A stretch of 64,000 nucleotides of DNA from a virus (Duplodnaviria > Caudoviricetes). Each line of letters starts with the position of its first letter. The first letter of the stretch is position 1. The DNA is taken from IMG/VR virus record IMGVR_UViG_3300001335_000566, positions 7,427 through 71,426 of that record. The stretch is one strand, 5' to 3'. Under the pieces are notes generated by a model that worked only from the letters and a program-made list of their open reading frames with translations, did not search any database and had not been told where the DNA came from. This document shows, piece after piece, positions 60,493 to 64,000 of the stretch. A program made the position numbers and the translations under genes.

Positions 60493-60909
60493 TTATATCG
60501 TGTTAGTGTTTACCCATTTTTCAAGCCAACCGCCCAGAGCGGCCCATAGCAATACAAGCCCGATCCATACATACAATTCCGCCCTCCAAAACTTGCTATC
60601 CTTTGAACCAGCATAATCCCATACCCATTTATTGATATGATTAATGATCCGATCATATATCCAGTAAGAACAGCCAAAAGCGAACAAAACGGTAAGCACA
60701 CCACCATGCCAGGGAGTTAGCAACAAAGCGGGATTAATTACATATACTCCCCATGAAAACAAGGGGAGCAGCCCAGTGATCAACAGCCCTCCTACACACA
60801 ACCTTCCGATCATATGCCATATTTTGCTATCACGCTTTACATTGTGATGCTTCCAGCGGATCACGTATCCGTTCCAAAGGGCAAAAAGAAGAATTAATAG
60901 ATATATCAT
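60493..60909 (-). CDS. multi-pass membrane protein
   Basis: 3-4 hydrophobic segments. Confidence 0.55.
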   Translation of the reverse strand: MIYLLILLFALWNGYVIRWKHHNVKRDSKIWHMIGRLCVGGLLITGLLPLFSWGVYVINPALLLTPWHGGVLTVLFAFGCSYWIYDRIINHINKWVWDYAGSKDSKFWRAELYVWIGLVLLWAALGGWLEKWVNTNTI

Positions 60910-60944
60910 AGTTTATGTTTTAAGCAATATGATCAGCAGCCACC

Positions 60945-62477
60945 TCACGGTTTGGTTGTTGATACGGTTATCCCATCTCCGGCTGCATTCGGGTAAACAT
61001 AACAGGTATCCCCGTTCTCGTTGGTCATTATCCAGCCGGTAATATCGGTATCTGTTGTTCCTCGGAAAGCCCTTAAGAAGACCCCGGAGGCATAGCCTAT
61101 ATCAAGTTTCTCTTGTGGTGATGTAGTGCCGATGCCCACATCCCCCTGTATAACCATACCCCCCTGATATATATTTTTTGTTGGTGTTTCCGTCTGCAAG
61201 GAGTAGCCGGAAGTCATCACTCTGTTCGTGCCAGTAGTGGAACTAGCTACAAACAAACCATTGCCGTAAGTAACAGACCTCCAATCATTGGCCTCTGTTG
61301 CACTCCTTGCTGTCCATGTCACCCCATCAGGTGAGGTCATTACTCGGTTTGTACCATCATAGGAAACAGCGACAAACAAACCATTGCCGTAGGTGACAGA
61401 CCTCCAATCATTAGCCTCTGCTGCCGCCCTTGCTGTCCATGTCACCCCATCAGGTGAGGTCATCACCCTGTTCGTGCCATCATTAGCAACAGCGACAAAC
61501 AACCCATTGCCGTAGGTGACAGAATACCATTGATTGGCCTCTGCTGCCGCCCTTGCTGTCCAAGTCACCCCGTCAGGCGAGGTCATTACCCTGTTCGTGC
61601 CAGTGAAAGAAATAGCTACAAACAACCCATTGCCGTAGGTGACAGACCACCACATATTAGGCTCTGCTGCCGCCCTTGCTGTCCAAGTCACTCCGTCAGG
61701 TGAGGTCATTACCCTGTTCGTGCCAGCAATGGCAACAGCGACAAACAACCCATTGCCGTAAGTGACAGAATACCATTGATTGGCCTCTGCTGCCGCCCTT
61801 GCTGTCCATGTCACTCCATCAGGCGAGGTCATTACTTGGTTTGTACCACTGTTTGCAACAGCGACAAACAACCCATTGCCGTAAGTAACAGATAACCATT
61901 GATTGGCCTCTGCTGCCGCCCTTGCTGTCCAAGTCACCCCATCAGGCGAGGTCATCACTCTGTTCGTGCCAGTGTAAGAAACAGCTACAAACAAACCATT
62001 GCCGTAAGCGACAGAAAACCACATATTAGCCTCTGTTGCACTCCTCGCTGTCCATGTAAACCCCCTGTCATACAAAGGAGCAGACTCAACAGAGGTTATC
62101 GCATCCTTTGTACTTAACACAGTCCCCGTCAGGTCGAAGTAAGAGGTGTCGCCTGCTGCCGGAACAAGAGCATATCCAATACTATCATCCTTCATCACAA
62201 GCATTGTATCGGAATCAAACAGAGGAAGATTGCGAATGCCTACATCACCGTTTACATCGAGAGCAAACCCGGGAGTAGCCGTGCCGATACCTACATCCCC
62301 CCCATCATAATATATTCCGCCTCCGGCAATGGTATCCCAAACGGAGCTTCCGCCACCAATATCGCTTCGCACCCAGTCGGGCTGGTTGGTAAAGGGGTTA
62401 AACCTGTATTCGTAGGTAGCCTGTGCCATCCCCCACAGGGGGATCAACATAATAAAGATCATCAATAGCCTTTTCAT
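60945..62477 (-). CDS. tail fibre/receptor-binding-like protein with 7 x 41-aa beta-propeller repeats
   Basis: GDVGIGT fibre motifs flank seven WTAR...SVTYGNGLFVAV...MTSPDGVT (Asp-box/BNR-like) repeats. Confidence 0.7.
   Translation of the reverse strand: MKRLLMIFIMLIPLWGMAQATYEYRFNPFTNQPDWVRSDIGGGSSVWDTIAGGGIYYDGGDVGIGTATPGFALDVNGDVGIRNLPLFDSDTMLVMKDDSIGYALVPAAGDTSYFDLTGTVLSTKDAITSVESAPLYDRGFTWTARSATEANMWFSVAYGNGLFVAVSYTGTNRVMTSPDGVTWTARAAAEANQWLSVTYGNGLFVAVANSGTNQVMTSPDGVTWTARAAAEANQWYSVTYGNGLFVAVAIAGTNRVMTSPDGVTWTARAAAEPNMWWSVTYGNGLFVAISFTGTNRVMTSPDGVTWTARAAAEANQWYSVTYGNGLFVAVANDGTNRVMTSPDGVTWTARAAAEANDWRSVTYGNGLFVAVSYDGTNRVMTSPDGVTWTARSATEANDWRSVTYGNGLFVASSTTGTNRVMTSGYSLQTETPTKNIYQGGMVIQGDVGIGTTSPQEKLDIGYASGVFLRAFRGTTDTDITGWIMTNENGDTCYVYPNAAGDGITVSTTKP
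61207..62054 (-). repeat. 123-nt tandem repeat, ~7 copies
   Basis: GCTGTCCA(T/A)GT recurs at a 123-nt period. Confidence 0.9.
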
Positions 62478-62480
62478 CTC

Positions 62481-62747
62481 TTAGCTTTTAAATGAATAAT
62501 TGAGTGATGCGCGGTCGTCCCACACTTTGTCGAACTTCTCGTTGCCTTCGGCCCATTCCTTGGTATGTACGTTGGCCGAAATGGTAATGCGCAGGATCTT
62601 CCACTTTGCCTCACCCTTACGGGATGCCGTGGTTGCTGTTTCCCAGCCGGGGTTTTCGTCGTTGTACCAGCCTTGGTATATTACCGTTGCCTGATCCGAC
62701 AGGTCGGTAACATGGGCACTGGAGTTGATATTTTCTCGGATTGTCAT
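62481..62747 (-). CDS. small conserved phage protein (W.I.RI...WAEGN..FD.VWDDRASL.Y type)
   Basis: Motif often found next to fibre genes; 88 aa. Confidence 0.55.
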   Translation of the reverse strand: MTIRENINSSAHVTDLSDQATVIYQGWYNDENPGWETATTASRKGEAKWKILRITISANVHTKEWAEGNEKFDKVWDDRASLNYSFKS

Positions 62748-62780
62748 GGCCTTAAGTATTAATTATGATTAATTGAGTAA

Positions 62781-62817
62781 GCAAATTTGTATGCCCGGAC
62801 AGGGTTTTTAAAGGACA
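62781..62817 (-). promoter_or_regulatory. possible promoter upstream of 62747
   Basis: Minus strand TGTCCTTT-N20-CAAATTTGC; -7 element has one mismatch to TAnnTTTG. Confidence 0.25.
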
Positions 62818-62819
62818 TT

Positions 62820-64000
62820 TTAGTCTTCCAGCCGTCCTTCTTCTTCCACGGCCGTCATCTCATCATGGCCCCGTTTATAGGAGTCCCACTCCCATACTCC
62901 TTTCACCCCGTTCTGGTTTAGTTTTTCAAGCAGTTCATTGTTCTTTTCCAATGCCGATACCATGTCGCGGCTGCTGTCGCCAGGCGCCTGCCTTGATGCT
63001 GCAGGCGCTGCCGTGCTCACTGCCTGTGGGCCGGTGCTACGTTTGGCTTCTATCACATTTTCGTAGGCAGCCACTTCCGGATCCTGGCGCAGCCAGGTGG
63101 GGATCACATATTCCTGCCCGGCCTCGGCCAGTTGCGCCTGGTGCTTATAGGGCAGTGTCGGACCACCAAACTCATATTGGCTTTTAAAAGAAGGCTTGGG
63201 GGTGGCGTAGATCTTCCGTACCTGGGCAAAGCCATAGAGTACCGCAGAGGCTGCCGCTATCGGGCCCAGTAGCCACCCCACTACCGGTATCTCAGCCGCA
63301 GACTTATATGCCGATATACCGGCAGCCAGTGTGCTCATCGTCGCCTCAAAGGCCATCAATGCTTTATACTCGCCGCTCTGCTCATCATACATGGCTGCCA
63401 TTGAACCTGCCATATTGCCAAAAGTCCCCATAATGGCCATGGCGGTTTTTTGGTTCATGTCTGCCTGGTACTTCAAAGAAAGCTCCTGCTGATCCTGCCT
63501 TTTCGTTTCATACTCCCCGGAAATTCGCAGCATCTCATCGGCATGCAACTGTTCAAGCTCTTCCTTCAGCCGATCATACTCTTCCTTTTTCATGATCCCC
63601 TCACTGTGGAAGAAATCCAGTTGATTGAGAAGCTGCTCATACTTGGCCTCGGTCTCGAATACCTCCTGGCCCTGCTCATCCAGCTGCATGTAATAAATCT
63701 CGTCCTGGATGTTTTTCATCCTGTCGAGATGAGCCTTGTATCCTTCTTCAACAAATCGCTGGGTTTCGGGGTCCATGGGAAAGGGGCCCATGTCGAAAGG
63801 GATATTTCCGGCGGGCGCATCTTTGTCCTTCTTTACATCGGGGGTTTTCCCGTAATCTTCCAGCACCTTAATCTCTCTTTCCTTTGCCTCGATAAGGGCC
63901 ATGTTGGCTGCCAGTGCTTCTTTGTCGGCAGCGGCAATCCCTTCACGGGCTTCTTTCAGCCCTTTGAGTTCCTCTTTCAGGGTGGCGATGGTGGTGATGG
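62820..64000 (-). CDS. tail tape-measure-like protein, C-terminal part (continues beyond the window)
   Basis: Frame open to the window end (ITTIATLKEELKGL...); coiled coils, then Ala/Gly TM region (KALMAFEATMSTLAAGISAY...GPIAAASAVLYGFAQVRKI) and YEFGG...AEAGQEYVIP; ~50% GC. Confidence 0.7.
   Translation of the reverse strand, partial: ITTIATLKEELKGLKEAREGIAAADKEALAANMALIEAKEREIKVLEDYGKTPDVKKDKDAPAGNIPFDMGPFPMDPETQRFVEEGYKAHLDRMKNIQDEIYYMQLDEQGQEVFETEAKYEQLLNQLDFFHSEGIMKKEEYDRLKEELEQLHADEMLRISGEYETKRQDQQELSLKYQADMNQKTAMAIMGTFGNMAGSMAAMYDEQSGEYKALMAFEATMSTLAAGISAYKSAAEIPVVGWLLGPIAAASAVLYGFAQVRKIYATPKPSFKSQYEFGGPTLPYKHQAQLAEAGQEYVIPTWLRQDPEVAAYENVIEAKRSTGPQAVSTAAPAASRQAPGDSSRDMVSALEKNNELLEKLNQNGVKGVWEWDSYKRGHDEMTAVEEEGRLED

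Noticed and set aside
61207-62054. Diversity-generating retroelement template/variable repeats
   Set aside because: No reverse transcriptase in the window; differences between repeats are not adenine-specific and all copies are in-frame parts of one protein
1-64000. Stop-codon reassignment, as seen in some crAss-like phages
   Set aside because: Genes, including a 20-kb ORF, are intact in the standard code; reading through the TGA at 37827 does not join the next ORF because it is in a different frame
1-64000. tRNA, tmRNA or rRNA genes
   Set aside because: No cloverleaf or T-loop (GGTTCGAATCC-like) signatures seen, and intergenic gaps are short; a tRNAscan-SE/ARAGORN run would be needed to exclude them fully

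Overview
This window is about 64 kb of a crAss-like (Crassvirales-related) podophage genome, most likely infecting Bacteroidota. It is very AT-rich (about 20-30% GC in hand-counted lines) and reads cleanly in the standard genetic code. The + strand (1-11.8 kb) carries replication/recombination and small early genes: DnaB-like helicase, SMC-like ATPase, nucleotidyltransferase, Cas4-like nuclease, DUF932, HNH, GH16 and RusA-like resolvase. The - strand (11.8-64 kb) carries the crAss-type virion module: lysis genes, terminase, portal, scaffold, major capsid, ring and muzzle tail proteins, ejected proteins, GroES, a single 6663-aa virion RNA polymerase polyprotein and tail-fibre-like genes. Two segments have clearly higher GC. 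(i) An island at ~8.37-10.1 kb contains integron attC-like palindromes flanking a small gene with the cassette-type core-site signature, plus a 3x repeated upstream motif (AAACGCCGT); no integrase is present in the window. (ii) The right end (>~59.9 kb) encodes holins, a 7-repeat beta-propeller fibre and a tape-measure-like protein typical of long-tailed phages; it joins the crAss backbone inside the endolysin gene, which is either real module exchange or a chimeric assembly. A probable +1 frameshift splits one ejected-protein gene at ~37.84 kb. No tRNA, rRNA, CRISPR array, intein or reverse transcriptase was recognised. All family assignments come from motif recognition by eye; no database search was run.
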